From: a virus
Taxonomy: Duplodnaviria; Caudoviricetes
Direction: 5' to 3' (one strand)
Length of the DNA stretch: 55,243 nucleotides
Virus record (IMG/VR): IMGVR_UViG_3300032265_002780
Span: 1 to 55,243 of that record
This document shows, piece by piece, positions 30,023 through 39,227 of the stretch (position 1 is its first letter; each line of letters begins with the position of its first letter). A program made the position numbers and the translations under genes. The notes under the pieces are model-generated. The model was not told the origin of the DNA and searched no databases. It worked only from the letters and a program-made list of their open reading frames with translations.

Positions 30023-30353
30023 TTTTCATGTCCCTCATTTCTTTAATATAGTCAAGCATTGCAGGCATATCTTGTTCATCTGGAACAAGTCCCAATTCCA
30101 TTCTTTGTTTTTGTATTTCAAGCTCTTCATCATTTACTGGTCTATGCCCCGCAAAAAATACTGGATGACCATCTCCAAGTCCATAAGATTTTGCAACATC
30201 TTTAAGCTTTTTAATTTGGCGAATATCGCCCTTCATGGAAGGGATGCTTAAATATGCACCCTCTTCATCCATAACTAAAGTTTCGTCTGGCATCATCCAG
30301 GCGTATAAACCCCAGTTTACTTCTTCAATCGGTGTTACTTTCATCTTACCCAT
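30015..30353 (-). CDS. hypothetical protein
   Basis: 112-aa ORF overlapping the portal start. Confidence 0.7.
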   Translation of the reverse strand: MGKMKVTPIEEVNWGLYAWMMPDETLVMDEEGAYLSIPSMKGDIRQIKKLKDVAKSYGLGDGHPVFFAGHRPVNDEELEIQKQRMELGLVPDEQDMPAMLDYIKEMRDMKIG

Positions 30354-30359
30354 ATGCCA

Positions 30360-30368
30360 ATAATACCA
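30360..30368 (-). promoter_or_regulatory. extended -10 promoter, leaderless
   Basis: TGGTATTAT 6 nt before ATG 30353; no SD. Confidence 0.55.
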
Positions 30369-30405
30369 CGTAAACCTTAAAAAGTGTTACATGTGGATGC
30401 TATTT

Positions 30406-32376
30406 TTAATATATATGGTTGTGAGCTAGTACTGGAACCCCGCCATTTATGCTTGCTGAAGAGTTTCCAGAGAACTCTGCAATGCTACCTAGGGTAGTCA
30501 TGCTGTCATAGACTGCAGCAGTTTGAGTTGATATATATGATAAATATCTTGTTTGAATATCTGTAGATGAAAGAACACTTGGGAAAAGAGTAATATAGCC
30601 ATACATTGCTCTTAATGGTGTTGATAATCCATCTGTGCTTCCATTTACATATATAGGGTTGTTTGTAGATGTATTATAAGTTAAAGCAACATAATACGTT
30701 TCTCCCGCCACAATCGTATATTGCCCAGAAGGTTGTATGAAGCCGTTGACATATAGGCTTCCATTAGCCCCCAGATTGCTTACAAGCATGTTTGTAGAAG
30801 GATTTACATATAGATCCACCCCTGATACAGTTGAGGTATCTAAAACGGCTCCTAGCGATGAATTTTGACAAGATTCATATCTAAACCAAAATTCAACAGT
30901 TTGATAATTGCTATTGTTTGATGAATTAATTATAGCTGTTCCTGGATATCCAGAACTTGGATTTTGATTGACAAAATGAAGACCAATGTTTTTTTCACGC
31001 AATAAAATATTGCTATCATCTTCTCTAATCATATATGTTTGACTTGTTGCAGGAGACAATACAAACCCGCCCGAATCTGCGGGGATACTTAAGCTCTTAT
31101 ATATTTTAACTAATAGGTTATCAATTCTTGGTTGTATTGTTTGTGAAGTATCTGAAGAGTTAATTTGAACTTTAATAAAAAGCTGAGCAGATGTAGCATT
31201 AGATGTTGTTGATAAAAAATAAGGAACTATTTCATTTTTATATACTGAAAACCATGTTGTTCCACCATCATATGATGCATAAACTGAGGCATACTGATTT
31301 GAAGCTGATGAAATAGGGTTTGATCCAGAATCCCAAGAAATACTAATTCCTGCAAAATTTTGGTATTGAATTATAGGAAAATTATAATACCAAATACCAG
31401 TTGATGCTGCAGCAGATTCAGTTTGACTAAACGTCAAACCATTTGCATCTGGAACTAAATTGTAATAAGTCCCTTCATTATAATCAGCATTTGTTGAAAA
31501 CAATTTTTGTGAATGAACCATTTCTTTTCTTGAAGCAATATCAAAATGATGAGCACTTGTTTGTTGTGCAAAATACTCTGGCCCTGAATTAATACTTGCC
31601 CAAACCATATGAGATCTTATTTCATTTAAAGATAGACTTCTATTATAAAAAGCTAAATCATTGATTACAAAGCTTTTGCCTGAAGGTGCTGGCCCCACCC
31701 TATATTTTACATATGTATTGTCTGTTGTAGTAAAGGTAAATGATGTAGGCAATTGAATTATTTCATCAGATATTCCATTAACAAAAACTTGAATAGTTTT
31801 TTCTGAATATAATACAAAAACATGTAGTTTTTCATGCCATGAATGAATTTGTTTTTTAGTAATATATGAGCCAGTGCTGCCATTTACATTAAAACAAATA
31901 GTATCATTTAATGCATATGCTTGAGCAATTATAGAAGATCCATTTACTATGGACAATAGATTAGTTTGTGATGTTGGAGACTCAGGAAATGATATCCAAA
32001 ATTCCGCCCCAAATATTCCCTTTTCATATCCTTGATCAAAAAATTTATATATATCAAAAATACTAATAATTGATGAATCTGATATTTTGCAACCACTATA
32101 ATTGGTATCACTAAACAGGCGGGAATTAAGAGTTAAAATATCTTTAAAAATAGGTTGTTGTGTTCCAAAAGCTATAGCAGCATGATTGTTTTTTGGTGAT
32201 GCATCTTCAAATGTATAAGAACCTATTTCATATCCATAATTTGCCTCTGAATTAATCCATTGTTGATATGTTTGATATTCTTCAAGAATAGTGGCATATG
32301 TTCTTAATGTGACATTACCCGTCAAAGGCCAAAAAGATATTGGGTCATCTCTTAAAACTGCTTGTTTATATGACAT
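30406..32376 (-). CDS. LamG/concanavalin-A-like domain virion protein
   Basis: 'MSYKQAVLRDDPISFWPL', 'AEFWI', 'VFVNG', 'INDLAFYNRSLSLNEIRSH', plus a second LamG-like C-terminal domain. Confidence 0.75.
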   Translation of the reverse strand: MSYKQAVLRDDPISFWPLTGNVTLRTYATILEEYQTYQQWINSEANYGYEIGSYTFEDASPKNNHAAIAFGTQQPIFKDILTLNSRLFSDTNYSGCKISDSSIISIFDIYKFFDQGYEKGIFGAEFWISFPESPTSQTNLLSIVNGSSIIAQAYALNDTICFNVNGSTGSYITKKQIHSWHEKLHVFVLYSEKTIQVFVNGISDEIIQLPTSFTFTTTDNTYVKYRVGPAPSGKSFVINDLAFYNRSLSLNEIRSHMVWASINSGPEYFAQQTSAHHFDIASRKEMVHSQKLFSTNADYNEGTYYNLVPDANGLTFSQTESAAASTGIWYYNFPIIQYQNFAGISISWDSGSNPISSASNQYASVYASYDGGTTWFSVYKNEIVPYFLSTTSNATSAQLFIKVQINSSDTSQTIQPRIDNLLVKIYKSLSIPADSGGFVLSPATSQTYMIREDDSNILLREKNIGLHFVNQNPSSGYPGTAIINSSNNSNYQTVEFWFRYESCQNSSLGAVLDTSTVSGVDLYVNPSTNMLVSNLGANGSLYVNGFIQPSGQYTIVAGETYYVALTYNTSTNNPIYVNGSTDGLSTPLRAMYGYITLFPSVLSSTDIQTRYLSYISTQTAAVYDSMTTLGSIAEFSGNSSASINGGVPVLAHNHIY

Positions 32377-32487
32377 TTATTTTCCCATTAAATTAGGATC
32401 TATTTGTATAGGGTTACAAGACCAAGTATGACCATTATAAGAGTATTGTTGGTTTAAAATAAGGGAATCTGGAAATGATATTGCCAT
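32377..32487 (-). pseudogene. 36-aa truncated copy of the 'MAIxFP' fibre N-terminal module
   Basis: MAISFPDSLILNQQYSYNGHTWSCNPIQIDPNLMGK* with SD AGGAG and upstream TAGTATAAT; matches the N-termini of 44333..44791 and 47069..48619. Confidence 0.65.
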
Positions 32488-32526
32488 AATACTCCTAATT
32501 ATACTACTAGTTGGGTTATGAGCGTT

Positions 32527-32730
32527 TTACTCCCTGCCCCATTTAACTTTATTCCAAACACGTTCGTGTACATAATAAAGGAAAATCTTAGTAAATATCT
32601 CCATCCCCGAAATAGCTAAAGCAAGCTTTGCCTTACCAGTAATTAAGTAAGACAATATAAAGGTATCTAAAGTTCCCGTAAGTCTCCATGTGACGGCTTT
32701 AATAAAAGAACGGGAATGTGTAACGTTCAT
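32527..32730 (-). CDS. DUF2061-like small membrane protein
   Basis: 'RSFIKAVTWR...SYLITG...KIFLYYVHERVWNKVKWG' signature; adjacent to an APS kinase. Confidence 0.8.
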   Translation of the reverse strand: MNVTHSRSFIKAVTWRLTGTLDTFILSYLITGKAKLALAISGMEIFTKIFLYYVHERVWNKVKWGRE

Positions 32731-32763
32731 TGTTTACCACCTAACGACATCATGTTAAGTAGA

Positions 32764-33522
32764 TTAGATACCCATCTGCTTGCGTTTTTCAGTTGCTGAA
32801 ATAGCTTCAATTTCTTCTCCTAACTTTACTTGTTCAATTTTGTAGCCAACATCACGACCATAGACTATATTTGTAATATTAGGCATTTTTATTACCATTG
32901 CACTATCCATAAATTCATCTTTAGCGATATATTCTTTTACTTGATTAAAAGTTAATGGATCTTTAGGGCTAGTATTAAATGTATTTCTAACTCCTAGCAT
33001 AACTTGACTTGTTCGTTTTCCCGCCTCTTCATATAAAGCATGATGACCTTCGTGCCATGGTTGATAACGACCAAGCATTAAAGTTGTAGGTGCTGACCAA
33101 TCGTGGAGATTAAACTTTTGAATAATATATGTTGATTTTTCATACTCATCCATTTTATGAGAAGAAAATTCAATATCAAAAGTTTTTGGAGAAACAAACA
33201 TTTTATTTGTATCTTCAAATCTTCCTTCATCAATTGTATTCATCCAAATTAAAATATCTGGTTGTCCAAAAGCTTCTCGTGTTGCTGGTGTTGGACAAAT
33301 AAAATCTACAACAACATTAAGTCCTTGACCAGATAACATCTTTGCTATTTCCCCCATGCGTCTGGCGTGTTCAATGCGATTTTCAATTGTAAATCCAAGG
33401 TCTGAGTTTATTGTAGAGCGAACATAATCTGCATTTAAATGTACTGCATTAATTCTATCTTTAAGGGCAGTGGCAAGAGTGGTTTTTCCACTTCCTGGCA
33501 AACCAATAATTTGTATAATCAT
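32764..33522 (-). CDS. adenylyl-sulfate kinase-like P-loop domain fused to HxGH nucleotidyltransferase domain
   Basis: GLPGSGKTT, NADYVR, DLGF...R, DFICP; then GRYQPWHEGH...ISATEKR. Start moved to ATG 33522 (SD GGAG). Confidence 0.8.
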   Translation of the reverse strand: MIIQIIGLPGSGKTTLATALKDRINAVHLNADYVRSTINSDLGFTIENRIEHARRMGEIAKMLSGQGLNVVVDFICPTPATREAFGQPDILIWMNTIDEGRFEDTNKMFVSPKTFDIEFSSHKMDEYEKSTYIIQKFNLHDWSAPTTLMLGRYQPWHEGHHALYEEAGKRTSQVMLGVRNTFNTSPKDPLTFNQVKEYIAKDEFMDSAMVIKMPNITNIVYGRDVGYKIEQVKLGEEIEAISATEKRKQMGI

Positions 33523-33530
33523 TATTCTCC

Positions 33531-34145
33531 TTAATCTGTTCCTTTTATTTTCTCTGTATTGTGAAGCCATGTTGGAATAGCATATCTTATTCCATTCTTT
33601 ATTTCAGACACAGAATGTATATAAATAAAATTTGATGGAAACAAGATAACGCTTCCAGCTTTAGGTTTTAATGTAATATTAGATTGGGGAAAATTAATTT
33701 CCCCGCCCTCATAATCATCATTAAGATATATTAACACACTTAATGCCCTGCTACTAGATCCATGATCTTCGTGTGGGGGCAAAGCACCGCCTCCAACATA
33801 TTTTAAAACATTTGGGTTTTCACGAGCTTTTAAGTTTATTTTTGAATAAGGATATATTTTATAATATTGTTCAAGGGCTAAACCTACAAAATCATTTATT
33901 GAATTATGAATATTTATTTCTTCATTATAAAAGGGAAAATCTTTTTGTATTTCAAACGCATTTTTTAATCTAAATTCATAACAAAAGGGTTGTTTATTTT
34001 TGTCTTGCCAAGGCTTCCATATTGTTTCTAAGCCCATCTCTATTCTTTTTTGATTTAAAGATTCAATGTTTTCAACTATTTGATTTGGATTTGTAACTAC
34101 ATCCTCAACAATTACCAAGCCTAGGTCTAAAATATTAATTTTCAT
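33531..34145 (-). CDS. prolyl-4-hydroxylase-like 2OG-Fe(II) oxygenase
   Basis: HED...YLNDDYEGGE..F...KPKAGSVILFPS...H.V...G.RY. Confidence 0.9.
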   Translation of the reverse strand: MKINILDLGLVIVEDVVTNPNQIVENIESLNQKRIEMGLETIWKPWQDKNKQPFCYEFRLKNAFEIQKDFPFYNEEINIHNSINDFVGLALEQYYKIYPYSKINLKARENPNVLKYVGGGALPPHEDHGSSSRALSVLIYLNDDYEGGEINFPQSNITLKPKAGSVILFPSNFIYIHSVSEIKNGIRYAIPTWLHNTEKIKGTD

Positions 34146-34692
34146 TTTTTAACAAATCTGGATCAGCAAATTCAATTTTTGATGAATGATGAAATAAAAG
34201 AGTATATCTTGTTCCGTTTGTAACTTCTGTTATTCCATGTATATAAGAAGAGTCTTGTTGCGGAAAAAATACTGCACTATATTTTACTGGAATATATTCA
34301 AAATTTTTCTTTGGAAAATAAATTACCCCTCCTTCAAATTCTGGATGCTCGTTTAAATAAATTACAGTGCTCCATTCAATAAATGGTTCTTTTTCAATAT
34401 TATCAATATGTGGATTTCCAGAAAAGCCTTTTAACCATTTTGATGAATACCCTTTTGTAGTATAGACATCAAAGTCTAAATTAAAAAGATTTTTTATTTG
34501 TTTATTTGCTTTATCAGAATATTTTTTTAAAATTGCCAAGGTGGTTTTATTGTATGGAAGAGCTGTTCCTCCGTTTCTATTTGAATAATGTTCTGGGTAT
34601 GGATTTACTTCTGAGGGATTGTTAATTTCAGAAATAATTGTGTTTGCACATTTTTGATCAATAAAGTTTTCAACAATATGTATTTGATTCAT
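34135..34692 (-). CDS. prolyl-4-hydroxylase-like 2OG-Fe(II) oxygenase
   Basis: HID...STVIYLN...FEGG...FP...HGITEVTNGTRYT. Confidence 0.88.
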   Translation of the reverse strand: MNQIHIVENFIDQKCANTIISEINNPSEVNPYPEHYSNRNGGTALPYNKTTLAILKKYSDKANKQIKNLFNLDFDVYTTKGYSSKWLKGFSGNPHIDNIEKEPFIEWSTVIYLNEHPEFEGGVIYFPKKNFEYIPVKYSAVFFPQQDSSYIHGITEVTNGTRYTLLFHHSSKIEFADPDLLKNEN

Positions 34693-35468
34693 TATATTCT
34701 ACTTCCATGATTAATAAATCTTTCCATGCCTCTATGAGGTAATTCTTTATATGTATACTCAACATCATTTAATTGATGATAAATTTTTTTTATTGGATAT
34801 TTTTTTGAATAAAAATCTACCTTATCAATATTTTCTTTTAAATCAACAAACTTATTAAATCCATAATTATACAAGGATTCAACTTCGTTATAGTTATGTG
34901 TTTTTGAAAAAGGTATATGATCATAGTCTTTTTCTTCTTCAACTTCAATAAGTTTATCTATGCCTTCCAAGATTTCATAAGACTTTGCGTATAGTCTAAT
35001 GGACAAATCCTCTTCTTCCCCCATAAGTCTTAGATAGTTTGGATACCCAATGTTTTTTATTACTTCTTTATTAATTAAAGTGCCCTTTAAAGAAAACTTA
35101 TCTTTATATAAAGAAATCAATGTTTTTTTATTATTATTTTTAATAAAATCTTTTAAATTTGTATCCCAGCCCTGTTTAAATTTTGTTGAAGAAGATATAA
35201 AAAATATATAGTGATCATCTGGAATTAAATCAATCATTCTTGATCTATGTTTTACAAAACCTTCAAAATGATCCCATAAAAAATATTCTATCCTATCTGA
35301 TTTAGAAAATTCTTTAACCTTGTGATGATAGCTGTCTTGTATTGTAATTGATAGCCTAATATCTTCAGGATTATTACATTTGTTAAATGCGTCTTCTACG
35401 GTTTCAATAATTTTTTTATCCCTGTAAGCAACACTTAATAATGTTATTTTTATGTTAGTGGTATCCAA
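34692..35468 (-). CDS. GT-A glycosyltransferase, GT60 (hydroxyproline-GlcNAc transferase)-like, divergent
   Basis: 'SVAYRD...ETVEDAF.K..NP...QD', 'F..GWD..L', 'GEE..LS.RLY'. The usual DSH motif appears as SSS. Confidence 0.6.
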   Translation of the reverse strand: MDTTNIKITLLSVAYRDKKIIETVEDAFNKCNNPEDIRLSITIQDSYHHKVKEFSKSDRIEYFLWDHFEGFVKHRSRMIDLIPDDHYIFFISSSTKFKQGWDTNLKDFIKNNNKKTLISLYKDKFSLKGTLINKEVIKNIGYPNYLRLMGEEEDLSIRLYAKSYEILEGIDKLIEVEEEKDYDHIPFSKTHNYNEVESLYNYGFNKFVDLKENIDKVDFYSKKYPIKKIYHQLNDVEYTYKELPHRGMERFINHGSRI

Positions 35469-36079
35469 TGTTGTTCCTGTTCTATTGGAAACTTTTTAAT
35501 ATGATTAAATGGAACTATGTCATATGCAACAGTAATTCTTGGTCCTTCCCATTGCCAATCCCCCATGGCGTGTGGGTGTCCCATTTCTGAAACAATCATT
35601 CTATTATTTTTATTTATATTTTCAAAAACTTTGCTTTCATCATTAAAAAGCTTATAGTATGTAGATGATGGTTCTGCTTTTACACAATAGTATCCGTGAA
35701 ATAAAGGTGCAAATTGATCTTTAGAATGATCATGCCAATTTAATTTGCCACCTTTTGCATCATTAATATTAAACCAGCCTTGCATCATATAGTTCTGCTT
35801 ATAAAAATCAATATCATAATAATTACAAGCTTCTTTGACAAGCTCAGAAACTCCATTATAAAGATTTCTAATGCCCTCTATATGAAACTGAAAAACATTA
35901 TACTCTCTCCATTTGATTGTTGAGATGCTTTTTGATTCTAGCCAATACTCTTCTGATCCCAGCTCTTTAACGCCAATAACTTTGGCTTGTTCTATAAGGG
36001 CATACCTTTTTGATAATTCATCAGACAATATATCTAGATCGTTATCTAAATATTTTTCAAAAAATTTATGATCTTTCAT
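35450..36079 (-). CDS. 2OG-Fe(II) oxygenase-like protein (HxH variant)
   Basis: GWFN...WHDH...HGYY...H...RITVAYDI double-stranded beta-helix pattern. Confidence 0.7.
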   Translation of the reverse strand: MKDHKFFEKYLDNDLDILSDELSKRYALIEQAKVIGVKELGSEEYWLESKSISTIKWREYNVFQFHIEGIRNLYNGVSELVKEACNYYDIDFYKQNYMMQGWFNINDAKGGKLNWHDHSKDQFAPLFHGYYCVKAEPSSTYYKLFNDESKVFENINKNNRMIVSEMGHPHAMGDWQWEGPRITVAYDIVPFNHIKKFPIEQEQHWIPLT

Positions 36080-36777
36080 TAATTATATTCTTTCTTTGAG
36101 TGAAGATATTTTGTATACCAAGAATGCAGTGTCATGCGTCTATTCTCATGCTCCCACATTTTTTCTTCTGTTATTGAGTTGTCTATTTCCATTTGCCAAG
36201 ATTCTCTGGTGTAAGGAAATACTTGAAATATTGGTGTTCCTTTTTTAATTATACCACTAAAGTCCCTTCTAAGTACAAACCTTATATCTAGCGGGGCAAA
36301 TTTTTTATCTGAATCTACAATTGCAGTTGGAACATGAAATGGCAAATCTGATCTATTAAAGGGGTGGGTTACAAGAACAGATGTTCCTGGTGGTGTTGAT
36401 ATACCAAACATCATTCTAAATGAAAAAGCTATTGGATGAAAAAATGGAGGAATAGGAAATTCAACTAAATGGAATCTATTTATAACAAAGTTTTTTGATT
36501 CCCAAGAAATCTCTGGAACACCTTTTTCATTAATTTCAACCAATATATCTTCTGGTAAAACAAAATGATATCCTGAAGCAAAGGCGTCAAACGTTGGTGC
36601 ACAAATCTTTAAAGATAAAGAGGATGAGTCAAGACCTTCATTATTTTCTATGTTAATATCGTTTAAATGATTAGACGCATTATACATGCTGATATCTTTA
36701 TACCACTGAGGAATATTAACTTTTGCTGGAACTGGATCTGGTCCATTACCCACCCTATAAAATTTTATTTTTTTCAT
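36079..36777 (-). CDS. DUF6065-like protein (possible dUTPase-like fold)
   Basis: 'PVPA...IPQWYK...KIC.P.FDAF.SGY...TPPG.S.L.THP...IVDSD...GIIKKGTPIFQVFP..RE.W'. Confidence 0.55.
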   Translation of the reverse strand: MKKIKFYRVGNGPDPVPAKVNIPQWYKDISMYNASNHLNDINIENNEGLDSSSLSLKICAPTFDAFASGYHFVLPEDILVEINEKGVPEISWESKNFVINRFHLVEFPIPPFFHPIAFSFRMMFGISTPPGTSVLVTHPFNRSDLPFHVPTAIVDSDKKFAPLDIRFVLRRDFSGIIKKGTPIFQVFPYTRESWQMEIDNSITEEKMWEHENRRMTLHSWYTKYLHSKKEYN

Positions 36778-37325
36778 TTTATAACCATATCATATGCTGG
36801 AGTTAATCTATTTATTTTTCCATATGTTTCTTTAATTGCACTTGATTCTTTTTTAACAAAAAATGGAATCCAAACAGGTTCAAGAATTGTTCTTGGTTCT
36901 GGATAAATAGACTTAAAATTTACAATATTTTTTTCAGGAATAAAAAAGGGATAATCTTTTATGTTTGGTTCTACAAATTCAACTTCAGCATCAATATCAA
37001 TAAACCATGGGCAATACCAAGCATATAAATTTGAAAAACAATTATCTGGAACCGTTATGCCAACATTTTTAATTTCTTTAAATTGTGGTGTTGCTGGTCT
37101 TGATTTCATAAAAATTTCTTTATCATTTTTAAAAATAATTGCATATTCACTATAACAAACCTGTCTATAAATATTTTTAGATATTTTACTGGGTTTTGGC
37201 ACAATTATGTATGAATACAGATGTATTGGTTTTAAAACATCTTTACAAAATTTACTTTTAATTTCTGGATTTATTTCAGCATAAGTTGTATTATGTCTCA
37301 TTATCGGTATTCTTTCTTTGACCAA
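36774..37325 (-). CDS. divergent DUF6065-like/hypothetical protein
   Basis: 'PWFID...P...PF...PFF.K...G.I...TP' loosely parallels its two neighbours. Confidence 0.45.
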   Translation of the reverse strand: MVKERIPIMRHNTTYAEINPEIKSKFCKDVLKPIHLYSYIIVPKPSKISKNIYRQVCYSEYAIIFKNDKEIFMKSRPATPQFKEIKNVGITVPDNCFSNLYAWYCPWFIDIDAEVEFVEPNIKDYPFFIPEKNIVNFKSIYPEPRTILEPVWIPFFVKKESSAIKETYGKINRLTPAYDMVIK

Positions 37326-38014
37326 AATTTCATTCTATACCCATTAGAAAAAGTTGATCTAATTTTTTTTCTTTGACGCTCTATTGTATCTGCATCATAA
37401 TCATGAATAATGTGGTCCCAGTCTTCTCTTTTAAAAGGTAAAATTTGAGCAATTGGTGTTCCCTGCTTAATAATTCCATTAAAATTTCTTTTTACTAAAA
37501 AGGACAGATGTCCGTCTGTAACAAAAGTGTCTGTGTCTATAACTGCTGGAACCATTTGTATTGGAAGGTCTTTTCCATGCATTGGCGGTAAAAATAAAGT
37601 GCTGTAACCTGGAGGTGTTTTTACAACCCACAAAGGATGAATTCTTAAAATATCTGGCATAAAAATAGATTTATCTATTGGCATCATTGAAACTTGTTCT
37701 CTTGGATGTCCTGAAATAATTAGCGGTGATGCATGCTTCCAATCATGAGGAACTTGAGCCTCATGTCTTTCTTTTTTTGAATCAATAAAAATATCAACTG
37801 GAGCTTTTAAAACATATCCAGTAGCTAGGGCATCAAAAATAGCTTGGCATTTTTTTACCGTAAATTTATAAGAACCGTCAATTATATTTTGTTCTCCGTT
37901 TATTGTTGCTGGTTGTTCTTTCCACCAAGAAGGTATGTTTAAAGTAGTTGGTTCTGGTTCGGGTGCTGTTCCAATTAAAATATTGTTTGCTGGTAAAAAA
38001 GATATTGTTGGCAT
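37301..38014 (-). CDS. DUF6065-like protein, paralog of 36079..36777
   Basis: 'PEP...IPSWWK...KKC..IFDAL.TGY...W..KTPPGYSTLF.PP...VIDTD...GIIKQGTPIAQILPFKREDW...W.KKEY'. Confidence 0.6.
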   Translation of the reverse strand: MPTISFLPANNILIGTAPEPEPTTLNIPSWWKEQPATINGEQNIIDGSYKFTVKKCQAIFDALATGYVLKAPVDIFIDSKKERHEAQVPHDWKHASPLIISGHPREQVSMMPIDKSIFMPDILRIHPLWVVKTPPGYSTLFLPPMHGKDLPIQMVPAVIDTDTFVTDGHLSFLVKRNFNGIIKQGTPIAQILPFKREDWDHIIHDYDADTIERQRKKIRSTFSNGYRMKFWSKKEYR

Positions 38015-38016
38015 AA

Positions 38017-38628
38017 TTAACTTTCTTTTTTCAATGTGTAATCAACATTTAAAATGCATCTAAATGGATTGTTTTTTGTTGTGTATGAAGAATGAAATTG
38101 ATGACCATTAAATCTAATTGCTTTGCCCATTTTTGGCGTAACAGATTTAATAATTTTTGCATCTTTTGTATCTTCTCCAAAAAATTTATTAAAAAAAATT
38201 GTGTCCCCATCAGAATCATTTAAATAATATAAAAAGACATCATGTTTAACTATTGTGTCTACATGTGGATAATGAAAATAATCATCATTATTCATACCCA
38301 AAACAACAATCCTTGATCTTAAAATTTTATCATATTTAATGTTGTGTTTTATGCAAAATTTATCAAAAATATGTTTAAAGTCTTCAAATTCTATTTCACC
38401 TATAACTTGAAAAAACGGTTTAGCATTTTCATGATCAAAGGCTAGTGGGGTTCCTTGATAGGGAAAGAGTTTAGGGTTTTCTTGTTTTGCAAGAATGGCT
38501 TGAATATTAGTAAGTCTCCATTTAGGTTTTTGAGAACCAACTTCCTCTGTACCAAAAATTTGCAGGACAAAATCCATTTGCTCTTCTTTTGTTAAGAAGT
38601 TATCATCTTCTATAATATAATCGCTCAT
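38017..38628 (-). CDS. 2OG-Fe(II) oxygenase
   Basis: PHVD...LYYLNDSDGDTIFF...PKMG....F.G...HSS...R..LN. Confidence 0.85.
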   Translation of the reverse strand: MSDYIIEDDNFLTKEEQMDFVLQIFGTEEVGSQKPKWRLTNIQAILAKQENPKLFPYQGTPLAFDHENAKPFFQVIGEIEFEDFKHIFDKFCIKHNIKYDKILRSRIVVLGMNNDDYFHYPHVDTIVKHDVFLYYLNDSDGDTIFFNKFFGEDTKDAKIIKSVTPKMGKAIRFNGHQFHSSYTTKNNPFRCILNVDYTLKKES

Positions 38629-38639
38629 ATCTATCTTTC

Positions 38640-39200
38640 TTATTTGATAAATCTAAATAGGACTATGTTTACAAATTCCCCGTCATTAAATTTCTTAAAG
38701 GGCCTTGAATGTTCTTGCTCTTTACCCATAAAAGTTACGCCTTCATTATTTTTAAGTAAATAATCAAATCCCTCTACATTAATATTCCAGTCTGTATTTG
38801 ATTCTATCTGATAATCTAGGTGCACTGTAAAATCTGCTTCTGTATGATCTTTGTGACCTGGCAATTTAGGATTTCCAAATAAACCATTGTATTCAAAATA
38901 AGATGTAGAATCAGAATATTTATAATCTTTAAATCCTGATTCATTTATCAATAAAGTAAGTCTATCAATTATGTTTTGAGGAATTTTTAAATTATGTAAA
39001 ACAATCCTTCCAAGCTCTTTTTTATGAATAAATAATGTTTTATTAGTATTAAGCTTTTCACCTTTTTCATTTTTTGGAAAATCTTTAATCCATTTTTGCC
39101 AAGAGTCTTGTTCTTGTATGCCTTTATTAATAATAGATTTTAAATTAATTAATTGATCATTATTTAATACATCTTTAATAACAACATTTTTATTGTTCAT
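38640..39200 (-). CDS. 2OG-Fe(II) oxygenase-like protein
   Basis: PKLPGHKD...LDYQ...W...NEG..F.G..Q.HSRP. Confidence 0.7.
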   Translation of the reverse strand: MNNKNVVIKDVLNNDQLINLKSIINKGIQEQDSWQKWIKDFPKNEKGEKLNTNKTLFIHKKELGRIVLHNLKIPQNIIDRLTLLINESGFKDYKYSDSTSYFEYNGLFGNPKLPGHKDHTEADFTVHLDYQIESNTDWNINVEGFDYLLKNNEGVTFMGKEQEHSRPFKKFNDGEFVNIVLFRFIK

Positions 39201-39207
39201 AATCTTT

Positions 39208-39216
39208 ATTATATCA
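39208..39216 (-). promoter_or_regulatory. extended -10 promoter, leaderless, heading the oxygenase cassette
   Basis: TGATATAAT 7 nt before ATG 39200; no SD. Confidence 0.6.
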
Positions 39217-39227
39217 CGAAGGCGGGA

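Noticed and set aside
28445-32376. Terminase genes upstream of the portal
   Set aside because: No ORF with terminase ATPase or nuclease motifs was seen; the gene is presumably outside the window.
33531-34692. P4H-like enzymes as classical collagen prolyl hydroxylases
   Set aside because: The collagen tracts here have almost no Y-position proline, so this simple explanation fits poorly.
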